Below are positions 1 through 13,545 of a stretch of DNA of 64,000 nt, piece by piece (within the stretch, counting starts at the first letter, position 1; every line of letters begins with the position of its first letter). Below the pieces are notes generated by a model. That model saw only the letters and a list, made by a program, of their open reading frames with translations. It was not told where the DNA came from and searched no databases. The position numbers were made by a program, and so were the translations under genes. The DNA comes from the human T2T-CHM13v2.0 reference genome, Homo sapiens: NCBI RefSeq assembly GCF_009914755.1, contig NC_060927.1. One strand, given 5' to 3'.

Positions 1-139
1 TCAGTAACTTGCCCATTAAAGAGTTAGCATTAGGATTAAAACAACTACAGCAAGTCCAGATGTCCTGAATCTCCTGGTTACAAATACTCCAATTTCCTGT
101 TAGGCTAGGCAGAAACTATGGTAGTGATATTTCTGGAAG

Positions 140-320
140 CAGAGTGCCTAGAACAAAAACCCAGTTCTATCTTTTACTGTCTCGGTCACTTTGAGTAAGT
201 TACTTAAGCATGCTAAGTCTCTGTTTCCCTATCTATAAAACATGGATACTCTATTAAATTTGAACTTATTTTCAGAAATTAAAATATTGTAAATAAAGTG
301 AACGGCACTTAAGTCATAAA
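140..320 (+). mobile_element. MIR SINE fragment
   Basis: MIR core-like 'actttgagtaagttacttaagcatgctaagtctctgtttccctatctataaaa'. Confidence 0.55.
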
Positions 321-339
321 ATGAAGGAATCATAACAAT

Positions 340-555
340 TTCAGAACTGATTGAATGTGCAGGGGAGATAGGGAAGAGAAATCAATGATGTCTGCTATCC
401 TCTTAGATTAGATAACCAGATAAATGATGATGCCATTCATCAATATAAGGGAAACAAAGAGTACAAGTATGGTGTGCACGTGAGCTGAGGAACGGTGTGG
501 AGAAGAGAAAGATGATTCTAGCTTTAGGCATATTGTGATTAAGGTGCCTGTTTAT
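340..555 (-). mobile_element. L2 LINE fragment
   Basis: Purine-rich L2-type text 'gataaatgatgatgccattcatcaatataaggg...ggcatattgtgattaaggtgcctgt'. Confidence 0.5.
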
Positions 556-1163
556 AAGGTATACTTTTAACTACCTACTTCATCCATATCCCTTTCTAAG
601 GAAAACTACATTCATATACCATACTACTCTATGCCCTGCCTACAACTTAGTCAGAGCCACAGAACTAGCTGGGAAATGTAAGCTTGAACAATTAGACCAC
701 TCATTCAAAAACTGGGAGTTAAGTCATTTAAGCTAAGAAGTGCTGAAGGAACATGCAATCCTATTGGCTAAGAGAACCATTTGAAGCCCTGCAGAAATGG
801 GTAAGCTAAGAAAGCCACTAGAGAAAGAATAATGAAGTAAATATTGTGATGATAGACGAATGATAGATAGATGGGGCGAGGGAATATACAGACAGGTAGA
901 CTAGATAGATAGACACTAGTTTCCATTCATTAATTGCCAGCTTTTAAAATTCTAGCTTTTCAATGAAGTCTAAATGTACTTACATTTATGTTTTCATTCA
1001 TACGATAAGCCTCTTTTGTGAATAGATATGTCCTGACTATAATACTGTGGGTGTATCTACCTATTTAGTTGGTATTTCTTATTTTCTATAATCCCAACAC
1101 ACTCTAATACAGTTATTACTACATATGGTCAACAAAAATCACAGATGATCAATTTTAGCAAGC

Positions 1164-1256
1164 TTGGGATGATGATATTGCAGAGAAGTTCACATCACAA
1201 TTATGAACTTTGGGATGATGATATTGCAGAGAAGTTCATATCGCAATTATGAACTT
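1164..1256. repeat. 46-bp tandem duplication (2 copies, 2 mismatches)
   Basis: 'ttgggatgatgatattgcagagaagttca(c/t)atc(a/g)caattatgaact' starts at 1164 and 1210. Confidence 0.9.
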
Positions 1257-1331
1257 TATACTTAGATATGTATGTTCCTCATATCAGCGTAGGCCTGACA
1301 TGAAGGGCCATGTTTATTTCACAGATTAGAA

Positions 1332-1622
1332 TTTTTTTTTTTTTTTAGACAGGGTCTCATTCTGTCACCCAGGCTGGAGTGCAGTGGTGCAATCTTGGCT
1401 CACTGCCACCTCTGACTCCCAGGCTCAAGAGATCCTCCCACCTCAGTGTCCTGAGTAACTGGGACTACAGGCATACACCACCTGACTAATTTTTGTATTT
1501 TTAGTAAGGACAGGCTTTGATCATGTTGACCAGGCTGGTTTCAAACTCCTGACTTCAAGTGATCCACCTGCCTCGGCCTCCCAAAGTGCTGGGATTATAG
1601 GTGTGAGCCACCGTGACCAGCC
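1332..1622 (-). mobile_element. Alu (S/J type), full length
   Basis: Poly-T then antisense Alu dimer; target-site duplication (TSD) 'acagattagaa' at 1321 and 1624. Confidence 0.95.
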
Positions 1623-2204
1623 AACAGATTAGAAAATTATATGTCACTGAGTCTAATCCCCCTACCAGAAACCCAAGAAACTGCATCACTAAACAGACAC
1701 TTTGCTTCTGAAAACACTTACAATATAATGCTATACAAAGTTTAATTAAAAAAACACATCAAAGATATAAACTATAATGTTCTTGGAAACCAAGAGTCAC
1801 AGAATGATTTTACATTATTCTAAGTCCCATATTTAGTATTACCATGTCAATTAGTCTTTGAGAAAAGGTGAGAGTCTTCTATTAAAAGTCTAACTACATT
1901 TACACCCTCAGTTCAATTCCTCTGTGGGTGGAAACTGAGAGTTTCAGGTACACTATTAAGGAAATTTTTAAGGCAGAGACTTGTTTCACTCATCTATCTT
2001 TCCCTCACGACAACTGGCATAGTACTTAGCCATAACAAGGATAATTCAATGTATCATTAATTTTTTCATTAGTTATCAAATGCACACAAAAGGCAGTATC
2101 TTCCTATTTCCCAATTTACTGGAGGTGGTATGTAGTATGCTATAATTTACTAGAGAAATGTTAGTGTGTTTTGTAAATAACACTCACTTTTAAGAACTTT
2201 GCTG

Positions 2205-2525
<321 letters not shown>

Positions 2526-4939
2526 TCAAATACACATAGTCTACAATATACATCTTTGGTTCGCGTACTTAGGCAAGCCATTCCATCACTTGCCTTACTT
2601 GGAACTCAGATTTGTGAGAGTAACAGGAGTCCCAGCCTTCAAGGCCTTGAAAGGAGAATATCACAGGGTGTGAGCTTGGGAATTTAAAGATATAAGAAGT
2701 TAGAGAACAGCCTCTCACAGGACATGAAGACATAGCAACTGTGAAGTACAGGAAGATAAACTTTGTTAAAGGAAAAAGAAAGAACATGAAAATGCAAGTG
2801 AATAAAAGATCTTTGAAACTTTTATGCAAAATTTCAATTATTGATTGATAATATTACTATGTGAATGCTATTATTAAGAAAAACTCAAAAGGCTATTCTA
2901 CCAGTAACGATGGATCTTTATCTTGGTCATTAACAAGAGTTGCAATTTTTAGCCTGTAATATTATATCTCAGAGATTTTTAAATCTCAGAGGAAGTCTGC
3001 AGGTCCAAAAAGAAACATCATATTAATAATTAAGTTCATTCTATTTAGTATAATTAACTCTAATCCAGACTTGAAAAACATTATGCCCATGGGACTCCAC
3101 CACATAAGGCCTGACCTCTGGTACATGAGAACTGTGTAATGGCCTCTGTGCACAGACATGTAGATATTGTTTTAGATAAAGGTTAATTAGCTATTTTGAA
3201 ATATATTGCTGATTTATTGTAGGTCTGATAACATCCTGTTTTATAACTAAATATGGCCGAATACAATTTTTGTAAGGAAAGGGCATTGAGAGGTTAGCTG
3301 GGTATGTGACCCATGTTCTTACCATTGGTCATTACATTACTGGCCTGAGCCACCCTGGTGACAGGGCAGAAAAAATCAAAGCATTTATCCCCTTTATGAA
3401 TGAAAGAATGCCTGCAATATGACATAGAATAGTGGAATTTCTCTAGTTCAGGAAACACTTGGAATTAAACATGGGCTTAATTTAGTGCTTCAAGATAAAG
3501 ACTACCAATTTTTCAAAATGAAACACCGGATAAGGCCACCATCATTTACTCCCTAAGATTTTGCCTGGACATACAGGGACAAAGAAGGATTTTTCTTTCT
3601 TACATGGGTACAACTGTAAGCACAACAATGCAACATCCCTTTTCTAGTTTGAGTCAGCCCTGTATAGCACTTATAACGCATTTGTGGCCAGAGTTATCAG
3701 GCCAGCTCATTTTACATTTCATTTCTTTTTCCTCACAATACTTTCACAGTTTGAAATGAAACACATTAAACTGGCAGACATTTAAGAACACAGCCATATA
3801 AATGATATTCAGTACATTAAACACTATTAAGATAATATTGTATTTGATATTATGATTACATCTAACAGCAATATGTAACTTTAAACTAAACTAAGGCAGG
3901 TGCGAATCTGAATGTACATAATTTTCCTTCCAAGGATGGTGCAGCAGTCATTTATGTCATGACATAAACAATACTCTTAAATTTCATGATTCAAATAGGC
4001 AACACAATTTCAAGTCATTTATCACTTAGTTCCTAAAAGGCAACAATAAGGCACTGAAACAGAATGATCACTTTAAACTTAGTGATCCCAATCATGAATC
4101 ATGTTTTCTTACTTGACAGATATTTTATTAATCTATATTTAGCTTATAAATGTGCGAAGGAAACAAGGAATAAAATAAATCAATACTCAACACTTAATTA
4201 ATATAGCTTTTTCTCCCTTTAGGCCTAGATAGGCAGTTTAAGTCTGTCTGCATTAAGAAATTTAAAAATTCATTGCAGCCTGGGATGAGGGAAAGGGTTG
4301 TCTTTGAATTTAATGAGCTGAAGGATTAAATAATATGATTTCCTTTGGCTTAAAAGGAAAGCCATTAAGAAGATTGAGGAGTGTGCTACGTTGAGATACT
4401 ATAGAGAAGAGGAGGCAGGGTTCTCTTTAAAGATTCCCAAACCTTTAACATGACTCCTTCTAATGTCCACAGCCATAATTGCACAGATCCACCTGAATCG
4501 TCTATCCAAATAGGAGACATTACTTATTCCTTGCTCATGAGTGCATACCTGTGAGAAAAAGAGGACTTCTAGATACTTTTAGAACATATGCTATAGGGCT
4601 TAATATCACTATTATTGTTTCTAATTTACTGCAGGGAGAGAACTTGAGTGAACTCACCAAAGGAAATAAAGAATTTTTCAGCAATCATTTCTGCAAATAC
4701 TTGTTTAATTACCAGTCGTTCTCAAGAAATATTTGTTTCATGACTCACAGGAAAAAATGAGGCAAAGATGAGGGGAAAATTTCACAATATTGTTTTTTTT
4801 TTTTTTTTCAACTAGATACTCCCTTGCAGATAAGGCAGGGTACCTCCTTAAGTCATGTTCGTGTCCTCTAATACTAGTACAGTTTCTGCCAAAGAGTAGT
4901 TTTAAAATGTGCACTTGTTGGAAAAGTAGTCTTTGAGTA

Positions 4940-4963
4940 TGTGTGTGTGTGTGTGTGTGTGTG
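4940..4963. repeat. (TG)n microsatellite
   Basis: Direct read of the TG run. Confidence 0.9.
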
Positions 4964-5539
4964 CACGCGCATTGGATGTGTTTGTCTTATATATATATTT
5001 CCCATAGGCAATAATAATGACAAATGCAAGGATTTATGGAGTGGTGTACTGATAAATGTTTAACAACCAAGTCTTTGTAAAAAGTAGGGTCTGAGGAGAG
5101 AATGTTGCTGTTTTATAGGGTTTTAAAACAAATTTGCTTCATATATGAGAAAATCAAGGCTTAGATAATGACATGAATTTTCAAGATGTCATATTACATT
5201 TTATTTGATTTAGCAAATCAATAAAAAGGGGAGACTGTCAGCCAGGAATTATGGAAAGAAAAAGGAGATGTTTCATGTGGTATGAGACCTTGTTGAGAAT
5301 TGTTAAAAGTTTTGAGTATAAAAAGGTTGTAAGTTTTTTGAGGTCAGGTTTTAGCCTGCCTATTTATCCTTTTATTTCACATGTTGCCTTGAACATAGCA
5401 GGTGATCAATATGTGTTTTTTTTAATTGATTATTGAAAAGAAGGTAGGATGTGAGACAGATAATGAAATATTAATGTCTGAGTTAAAACTATGGAAGAGA
5501 AATTAGAAGAGAAATATCAGATATTGCTTTCTGAAGGGC

Positions 5540-6426
5540 TTTTTTAAAATTATACTTTAAGTTCTGGGGTACATGTGCAGAACATGCAGGTTTGTTACAT
5601 AGGTATACATGTTCCATGGCGGTCTGCTGCACACATCAACCTGTCATCTACATTAGGTATTAACCTAATGCTATCCCTCCCCTTGCCCCCCACCCCACAA
5701 CAGGCCCCAGTGTGTGATGTTCCCCTCCCTGTGTCCATGTGTTCTCATTGTTCAACTCCCACTTATGAGAACATGTGGTGTTTGGTTTTCTGTTCCTGTG
5801 TTAGTTTGCTGAGAATGATGGTTTCCAGCTTCATCCATGTCCCTGCAAAGGACATGAACTCATCCTTTTTTATGGCTGTGTAGTATTCCATGGTATATAT
5901 GTGCCACATTTTCTTTATTCAGTCTAAAATTGATGCACATTTGGGCTGGTTCCAAGTCTTTGCTATTTTGAGTAGTGCCATAATAAACATACGTGTGCAT
6001 GTGTCTTTATAGCAGCATGATTTATATTCCTTTGGGTATATACCCAATAATGGCATTGCTGGATCAAATGGTATTTCTGGTTCTAGATCCTTAAGGAATC
6101 ACCACACTGTCTCCCACAATGGTTGAACTAATTTACACTCCCACCAACAGTGTAAAAGCGTTCCTATTTCTCCACATCCTCTCCAGCATCTGTTGTTTTC
6201 TGACTTTTAATGATTGCCATTCTAACTGGCATGAGATGGTATCTCATTGTGGTTTTGATTTGCATTTCTCTAATGATCAGTGACGATGAGATTTTTTTTC
6301 ATATTTGTTGGCTGCATAAATGTCTTCTTTTGAGAAGTCCCTGTTCATATCCTTCACCCACTTTTTGAGGGGTTGTTTATTTCTTGTAAATTTGTTTAAG
6401 TTCCTTGTAGATTCTGGATATTAGTC
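5540..6426 (-). mobile_element. 5'-truncated L1 (L1PA-type 3' end)
   Basis: Antisense L1 3'UTR 'ttatactttaagttctggggtacatgtgcagaac...' continuing into the ORF2 C-terminal region; TSD-like 'tgaag(g/t)gctttt' at both ends. Confidence 0.92.
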
Positions 6427-8059
6427 TGTGAAGTGCTTTTCTAATCACTGCTTCTCTTCCTCCTCTCATAATGCTTGGTATTTTACATTCCAGAATCTAG
6501 TGCTATTGGAAACAGTTTTGTTTTATTTTCCCTGTATTCTAATCTCTGCTATAAATTAGTATTTCACCAGTTCCTGATAGATAAACGTACACGTCTTCAA
6601 AAAATGTTGAGTGAAAAGGGGGGAAATAGTAGAATAAAGGGAAGGGCCATTTTCACTCAAAAAGTATGCTTCAAGTTTGAGGATGACAGGCTTTTTCAGT
6701 GGCAAAACAAATCGATGCAGCTGTTGCATTTTACTGCCGTCACAGTGAACAAACACAGACTTTTGTTTAAAGTAAATGGTCTTTGGGTAGAAGTTTCTGT
6801 GTTTGGAGGTCCTTTGGCAGGGACAAGGCTTGTTATATCCCTTTCCCCAAGAAGGGTGCATGGTGGAAGGTCAAACTGCTGTATTCTCTCTCTCAAGCTT
6901 GCTATTGTTTTTCTTTCCTTCTTTTTTTTTTTTTTTCATGTTTTTTAGAATAGACATTGTTAGGTCCTAGCCTGGGGATGGGTAAGAGTGATTTTCTCCT
7001 TTAACATCAGGAAACAGTGTATACACACAGCTGTCAGGGAGGGTTCTCTGCCACTCTCTCTTCCCCTAGGGTGAGTCCTCCCATTTCCATTGTGCACAAG
7101 ATATTCTTCATTTTTCCCAGAGTCAGCCTTCCCAGCCGTATCCCCTCTAACCACTCTGAGGCTGATGTCCTTGTTGTGATGATGAGGGATCTAGAGTGAA
7201 TGACTTAGAAGCATTTTTCTAGATCTGACAGTCCACACATGGCATTTTGACTGGCAATAATTCTTTCAAGTAGTACAAATTATGTTAGGATTTAAAGTTA
7301 GATGAAAGTGAAAAAATACAACATATGGACACATAAATAATAAATATAGGATGGGGAGATATTTTTTAAAGCAGAGAATGAGGTATTTCCTTAACGCTTT
7401 ACATTGCTTATAATTGTCAGACTGCTACATTCTGAAAATTCTTTATTTGCTTTATTACAATACTGACCTAATGGTAAAGCCAAATTTTATCAGCTTTACA
7501 GTTAACAAATCAGCATAAAATATAAGTTTAAATGTAGTCAGTACATTAATGATTATATTATAGCGATAAAGATACTAATACAAAGGAATCATGCCACTGA
7601 GTGTGTTATTAACAGGGGCAGGTAATTTTCTTTAATTCATAACACAGTCACAAACCACTTAGCTCACTTAATGAACACATACTCTTGTACTCCAGGGAAT
7701 TTTGAAAACCTCTCAATTCAATTACTAGGATGCTCAATGAGATTCAATCAGACTGACTTCTTGTTCTTATTTCAAGGGCAAATAATATATTCAAGCAAGT
7801 AAAATGAAGAGTGGTTAATTAGTAGCCAATTGAAAAAGTACATCAAGACAATAAACTAGCTGCTTTTTTGTTTCTATAAATAATGTAAAATATTCCAGGA
7901 ATCAAGCAAATTTGTACAAAATACAGTAAATGTGACTGGAAGAGACTGAGTAGTCAAGTAATCAATTAGCAAATTAATAAATTACTTTAATATTTTAGGC
8001 AAACTCTTTTCTTTAAATAAAAAAGATGCCTTGATCAGCAACAGTTAAGAATGAAATCT

Positions 8060-8395
8060 GGCCTGGTGTGATGCCTCATACCTGGATAGCAAAGTGCTAT
8101 CCAGTACTTTGGGAGGCTGAGGTGGAAGGATTGCCTGAGCTCAGGAGTTCGAGATGAGCCTCGCTAACCTTTTCTCTACAAAAAACCTAAAAAAATAAAT
8201 TAACCAGGCGTGGTGGTGTGCACATGTAGTGCCAGTTACTCAGGAGGCTGAGGGCAGGAGGATCGCTTGAGCCCAGGAGATCAGGGCTGCAGTGAGTTAT
8301 GGTCATGCTACTGCACTCCAGCCTGGGTGACAGAACAAGACCCTGTCTCAAAAATAAATAAATAAGTAAATAAAAATAAAAAGATAAAGAGAGAG
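8060..8395 (+). mobile_element. AluJ-like
   Basis: Diverged Alu dimer with A-rich tail; TSD 'aatgaaatctg'. Confidence 0.92.
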
Positions 8396-9559
8396 AAAGA
8401 GGAAATGAAATCTGTCTCTAATTGTACACAAATGCCTGAATTTCATATACCGCTATTTCTATTCAAGGAAACAAAACAACATTATTTGTATAGAGAAACA
8501 CCTGTGATTAAGGTTCAGCACATATTATCAAAAATGAATTAGCTGTGGAATTTGCATATAAACTGAAAGATAAAAGGTGAATTTGCTGTGTTTCTAGGTT
8601 AATTGTTAGTACTTCAAGGAACTTAGAATATTTTAGCTGTAGTCAGATGCTTTTAACAAATAATGTGTTTTAATTTAGCAGAACAATTCCTTTGAGTTAT
8701 GCCCAGTACCAATAGATATGACACATATTTTTCTTAACTGTATAATCAGAAAAAAGTCAGTAATGCAAAAATTTCCATTAATAATGTAGCTCTTAAATGA
8801 CAAGGATTTTCATAGGAAAAGGAAGTAGATTGCTTGAGTGCCTATTTTGAATAGACCATTTTCCGTGGTAAAGTAAATTTGGTTAATATAATTTATTGAT
8901 TTCTAGAAGCCGGAAGAATTTTGAGACATGCACAAATACCTTCTGCTGTGTTTTTCCTTTTGCTGTTTGTCCTTTATTATTTTGCTACATGAAACCATTC
9001 ATTGAAAAAGGAAGTAACCATGTAATCTTGCTTATATCTATCCAGAAACACCAAAATATCCTCCCCAATAATCTTGATTTGTTTCAACTTCTGGGGGTTG
9101 TTATTATTATTATTGTTTCTCCTTACGGGTTTAGAAGAAAGTCCTCGAATTAGATTAATTGCCCTCTTCTTTCTCTGCTTGTGACCCTTGAAGATTAGCA
9201 TGACCCTTAAACCAGTTTTGTTTTCCACACAGACTTTTTGGGCTGTTAAATGTGGCTTGTAAACATTCCCAGAGACGTTGCTAGGAGAATCTTTCTATAA
9301 ATACTTTAACTATTTATTTTTAACATGTTTGATTTTTATCTAAAATGTTCTATTCTTTTTGGAAGTTGGAAGATTTAAATTATTAAATTTGATAATCAAT
9401 AAGTTTTATAACTAATAATTACATTTAGTGTTAGTTTTAAATTTATTTTACTAAACTATATAAAATTGCCATATATAAGGTAAAAATGTTCCAATATCAA
9501 TAATTTTATGTTTCAATCTAATATTTTCATCTTTACCATGAGTGACTCAGGAGAATAAT

Positions 9560-9790
9560 GGAGAAGAGTTTGGATTCAGGAGTCAAACAGATAAGGCTTC
9601 AAATTATACAGCCAAATCATGTATTAGCTGTGTATTTGTGGATCATTTATTTAATCTTTATTAGGCCTTGATTTCTTCAACTGAAAATTAGTGATATTAA
9701 TAATATCCACTGCATTAAATTATTGTGAATATTAAAAGAATCACTGCATACACTGTGTTATTATAGAGTGAATGCTGAAAAAATGTTAGT
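9560..9790 (+). mobile_element. MIR SINE
   Basis: 'tttggattcaggagtcaaacagata...ccttgatttcttcaactgaaaatt...attgtgaatattaaa'. Confidence 0.6.
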
Positions 9791-9805
9791 AGAAGTTATT
9801 ATTAA

Positions 9806-10238
<433 letters not shown>

Positions 10239-10519
10239 TAATTTGATACTATGAACATTATGAGTTTGATGGGTAGGAATTATTATTCCCCTTTTCCAAA
10301 CAAGGAAATCAGGTTATGTGATTTTTTTTCAAAGATCACACAAACTAGTAAAAGGCAAAGCCAGGATTAGAACTCACTAATCTTTTTATCATGTTGGCTT
10401 TTATAAGGACCTTTTAAATGGATATTTCTGGGCAGCAAGTATTCTAACATCAATGGCACTGAATTACCATTATTATTTTAGAGAAAGTCTTCTCTCATTC
10501 ATTATAAATTTCTGTAATA

Positions 10520-10760
10520 GCCAACAATTATTTAGCAACTAATATGTACCTCATATTATACAGTGTACGTATATACTAGTACCTCATACTATGTAGCATA
10601 TGTACTTCTGCTATATACATAACAATTCATAAGATTGGTAACTCTCATTATCCCTGTTTTACAAATACAAAAACTGAAAGCTAGTGAGTAGTGAAGCCAA
10701 TATTTGAAACAAAGCAGTTTGCCTCCAGGACCTATGCTCTTAAACACTGTGTTATACTAC
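10520..10760 (-). mobile_element. MIR SINE
   Basis: 'cattatccctgttttacaaatacaaaaactgaa...tttgaaacaaagcagtttgcctcca' antisense MIR core. Confidence 0.55.
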
Positions 10761-10830
10761 CTCTTAGCAAACAGTACTACAAGCTTTTAAAAAATATATA
10801 TTTTAAAAAGTGTTCATTGTTGTACTTAAC

Positions 10831-11121
10831 TTTTTTTTTTTTTGAGACAGGGTCTCACTCTGTCTCCCAGGTTGGAGGGCAGTGGCACAATCATGGCTCA
10901 CTGCAGCCTCGGCCTCCCCAGGTTCAGGCCATCCTCAAGCCTCCCGAGTAGCTGAAACTAAAGGCACGCACCACCATGCCCCAGCTAATTTTTGCATTTT
11001 TTGTAGAGACAGAGTTTTGCCACTTTGCCCAGGCTGGTCTCCAATTCTTGGACTCAAGTGATCCGCCTGCCTTGGTCTCCCAAAGTACTGAAATTACAGG
11101 TGTGAGTCACCATGCCCGGCC
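10831..11121 (-). mobile_element. AluJ-like
   Basis: Poly-T plus antisense Alu dimer. Confidence 0.92.
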
Positions 11122-11287
11122 AGTACTGCAAACTTTCACTGCCTTTCAAACTTCCATTGATTCTCAAGCAGTGCATCTCAACATGTTATATGTAAAAAAA
11201 AAAAAAGACAAAACAAAAAAACTTTGCCCCCTCAAAATTTGATGTGCTATACTGAATAGAAATAGTTTCTGAGGAGGTTTCTACTCT

Positions 11288-11474
11288 CACAGGCAGAACT
11301 GGCTACATATTTAGTAGAGCCCAGTGCAAAAGAAATATATGGGGTCCCTTGTTAAGAAGTTATGAAACATTTTAATTAAGAATGTGACAGTAGAGCATTA
11401 ACTCAACTGTGTGATCTTTTTTGAGTGTGAAGCACTGTGAGACTACACAGTAGCATACCATGAAACCCGCCCTG
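11288..11474 (-). mobile_element. MER45-like hAT DNA transposon remnant
   Basis: 'gagcccagtgcaaaa...cagtagagcattaa...catgaaacccgccctg' resembles MER45A; related copy at ~57.1-57.3 kb. Confidence 0.6.
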
Positions 11475-12084
11475 CTCACAGGGTCATAATTCTGAATCCA
11501 GCCTTGTTCCCGTGCAGCTATCATTTTGCAGACCTGCATAAAGCTTTGTAGCAGAAATACTCGTGACCTTTTAGTAAGTCTTTCCCAGTAACACTCTAGT
11601 ATCTCAACTGAGAGCATTCGGAGGAAACAGGAAGTAGGACTTGGGAGGGAAACAAGGCTACCAGGCTACAGTCTAGATGACGTGTTCTATGAAAAAGGAG
11701 AAGCATAGACCAATTTTTGTCTTAGCAGCCAGAGTGAGATGGTAGTCAGGAAGTGGGACGAAGAAAGAGGAAGCTCTCGGGAACTCCCACCACCCCACAA
11801 AGGGGGAATTACTCTTTTCTTCCATCAGAATGGTGGCAGAAACCTGTGAAATACATCCATTTGTCTTTGTTTCTTGGAAGGGGTTCATGTTAATTTATGT
11901 CTAAAATTAACAAGCCTGGCATTGGTTATTCAAATGCTTTTTGCCCTTTTAAAAATATAGACAAAAATAATGTTTTAACCTTTCTTCCTTCTAAAAGTAG
12001 AAAAGAATTGCATTACTGAAAAATACCTGTTATTAATTCTTAGACTTTGTTGTGCACAAGGGTATTGTCATTCAATTCTGTAGG

Positions 12085-12305
12085 CAGTCAAGAATCAGAG
12101 TCGGTGCTTTTAGAATCCAAGTACATAGGCTTAAGCTCTGGTCCCTCCCGTTATTGATTCTGCAATCTTGAGAAAGTTAATTGACCTCTCTGAACCTTAG
12201 CTTTTTAATCTGCAAAATGAGAAAAATCTTAAATAATAACAACCTCAGAGGATTACTATATGCATTTGATGCATAAAGGTACTTAGTGTAATACCTGCCT
12301 GCCAC
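12085..12305 (+). mobile_element. MIR SINE
   Basis: 'atcttgagaaagttaattgacctctctgaaccttagctttttaatctgcaaaatgag'. Confidence 0.65.
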
Positions 12306-13099
12306 ATCACAAGAACTCAACAAATTATAGATATTTTTATTTCATGTAAATGCACATGTTTGTATACATAAATATTCATACATGTATAAATATATTTTAC
12401 ACATGTATATAAAGTGTGTAATATAGACACATATGTATGTATATATGTATGTGTATATATACATACATATATTTTGAGTTTCTGAGTTTTTAAGCTGTCA
12501 GATATTGGTGAGGAGAAATGCTTAGTTAGGAGGATGCCTGTAACAGAGCTTCTTTTTGGGCTTCTGCCTGTCATTGCTAACTCAATATTCAACTTACATA
12601 GCATTTAAATTGAATTACTGCTGCCTGCACAATTATGGGCTTTCTTAGTATAATCCCTATGCTTCACATCAAGAAGACTGAGTGTTTACTTGAATCTAAA
12701 CCTAATATAATGCTTGGAAAAAGCCAGGTGTGCTTCCTGTCTGAAATGGTGGTAATGTACTTCCAGATGTTTTTCAGAGCATTGATTGGGATATATAAAT
12801 TGCCATCTATTAAGGTTATTTTACTTAGCATCTCTCTCCCTAATCCCTAGCTATCTGATGTATCTTTTATGTGTTTCTTGATTTTAAGCACAGAAAATAA
12901 AATGGAAAATAACTTGAAGCTCTAGTATCTTTTTGCTAGTACACCAACATAGCATATATCCAGGTTTCCCTTTAAAATTTCAGTTTTATAGTTCCCTCAA
13001 AGTTATTGAAAACAGAGGTTTCGTTATTATATTCTCAATACAGAATTCACTAAGAAAATTAATTTTAAAAAAGAAGAAAAGCAGAGGCAACTGTATTCC

Positions 13100-13490
13100 C
13101 AATATAAGCAGTATTTACCACTTCTTATTGTGTAAATATGCAAATAAAATGAAAATAAGGAATGCTTCTCTGTTGCTTTGGTAGTGGATAAAATAAGTTC
13201 AACAGTGTTTTTCTAAAAATCTATTTGGTAAATGTGTTTCCTGTGAAATGAGTTACTTGTTTTTTGTCATTCAATTGCAAAACTGCATGTGAAAATAAAA
13301 TAAATGTGAATGTGAAAATAAAAGCCTCACAAAAATTCCTCTGCATGAACATCTCTGACTGGGAGGTTTGACTGAATAAATTATTCCTGGGCTTTTGAAT
13401 TATTAATCTTGGCTGCAGGATATGCAAATAGGATATGCAAATAGGACACTGTAATAACCATGTCCAGTGGCACAACACTGGGTCAGAAGC
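13100..13490 (+). promoter_or_regulatory. SUCNR1: Putative SUCNR1 proximal promoter (no CpG island; three ATGCAAAT octamers, one TTC-N4-GAA site)
   Basis: Unique sequence directly 5' of exon 1; octamers at 13138, 13422 and 13435; TTCCTGTGAA at 13238-13247. Confidence 0.55.
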
Positions 13491-13545
13491 TATATCCAGC
13501 TGCTGGCAGAGTTCCTGTCAAGGGATCAAGTCTTCCAACAGAATG
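13485..13545 (+). other. SUCNR1: SUCNR1 exon 1 (5' UTR; start approximate)
   Basis: Strong donor AATG|GTAAGC at 13545/13546; sequence agrees with my recollection of the SUCNR1 mRNA 5' end; the TSS cannot be fixed from sequence alone. Confidence 0.7.

Noticed and set aside
1164-1256. Short direct repeats as a CRISPR-like array
   Set aside because: Only two adjacent copies with no spacers, in a primate genome
6475-6948. 157-aa ORF in non-repeat sequence
   Set aside because: Non-ATG start, no recognisable domain, ends in a poly-T-derived Phe run; consistent with chance
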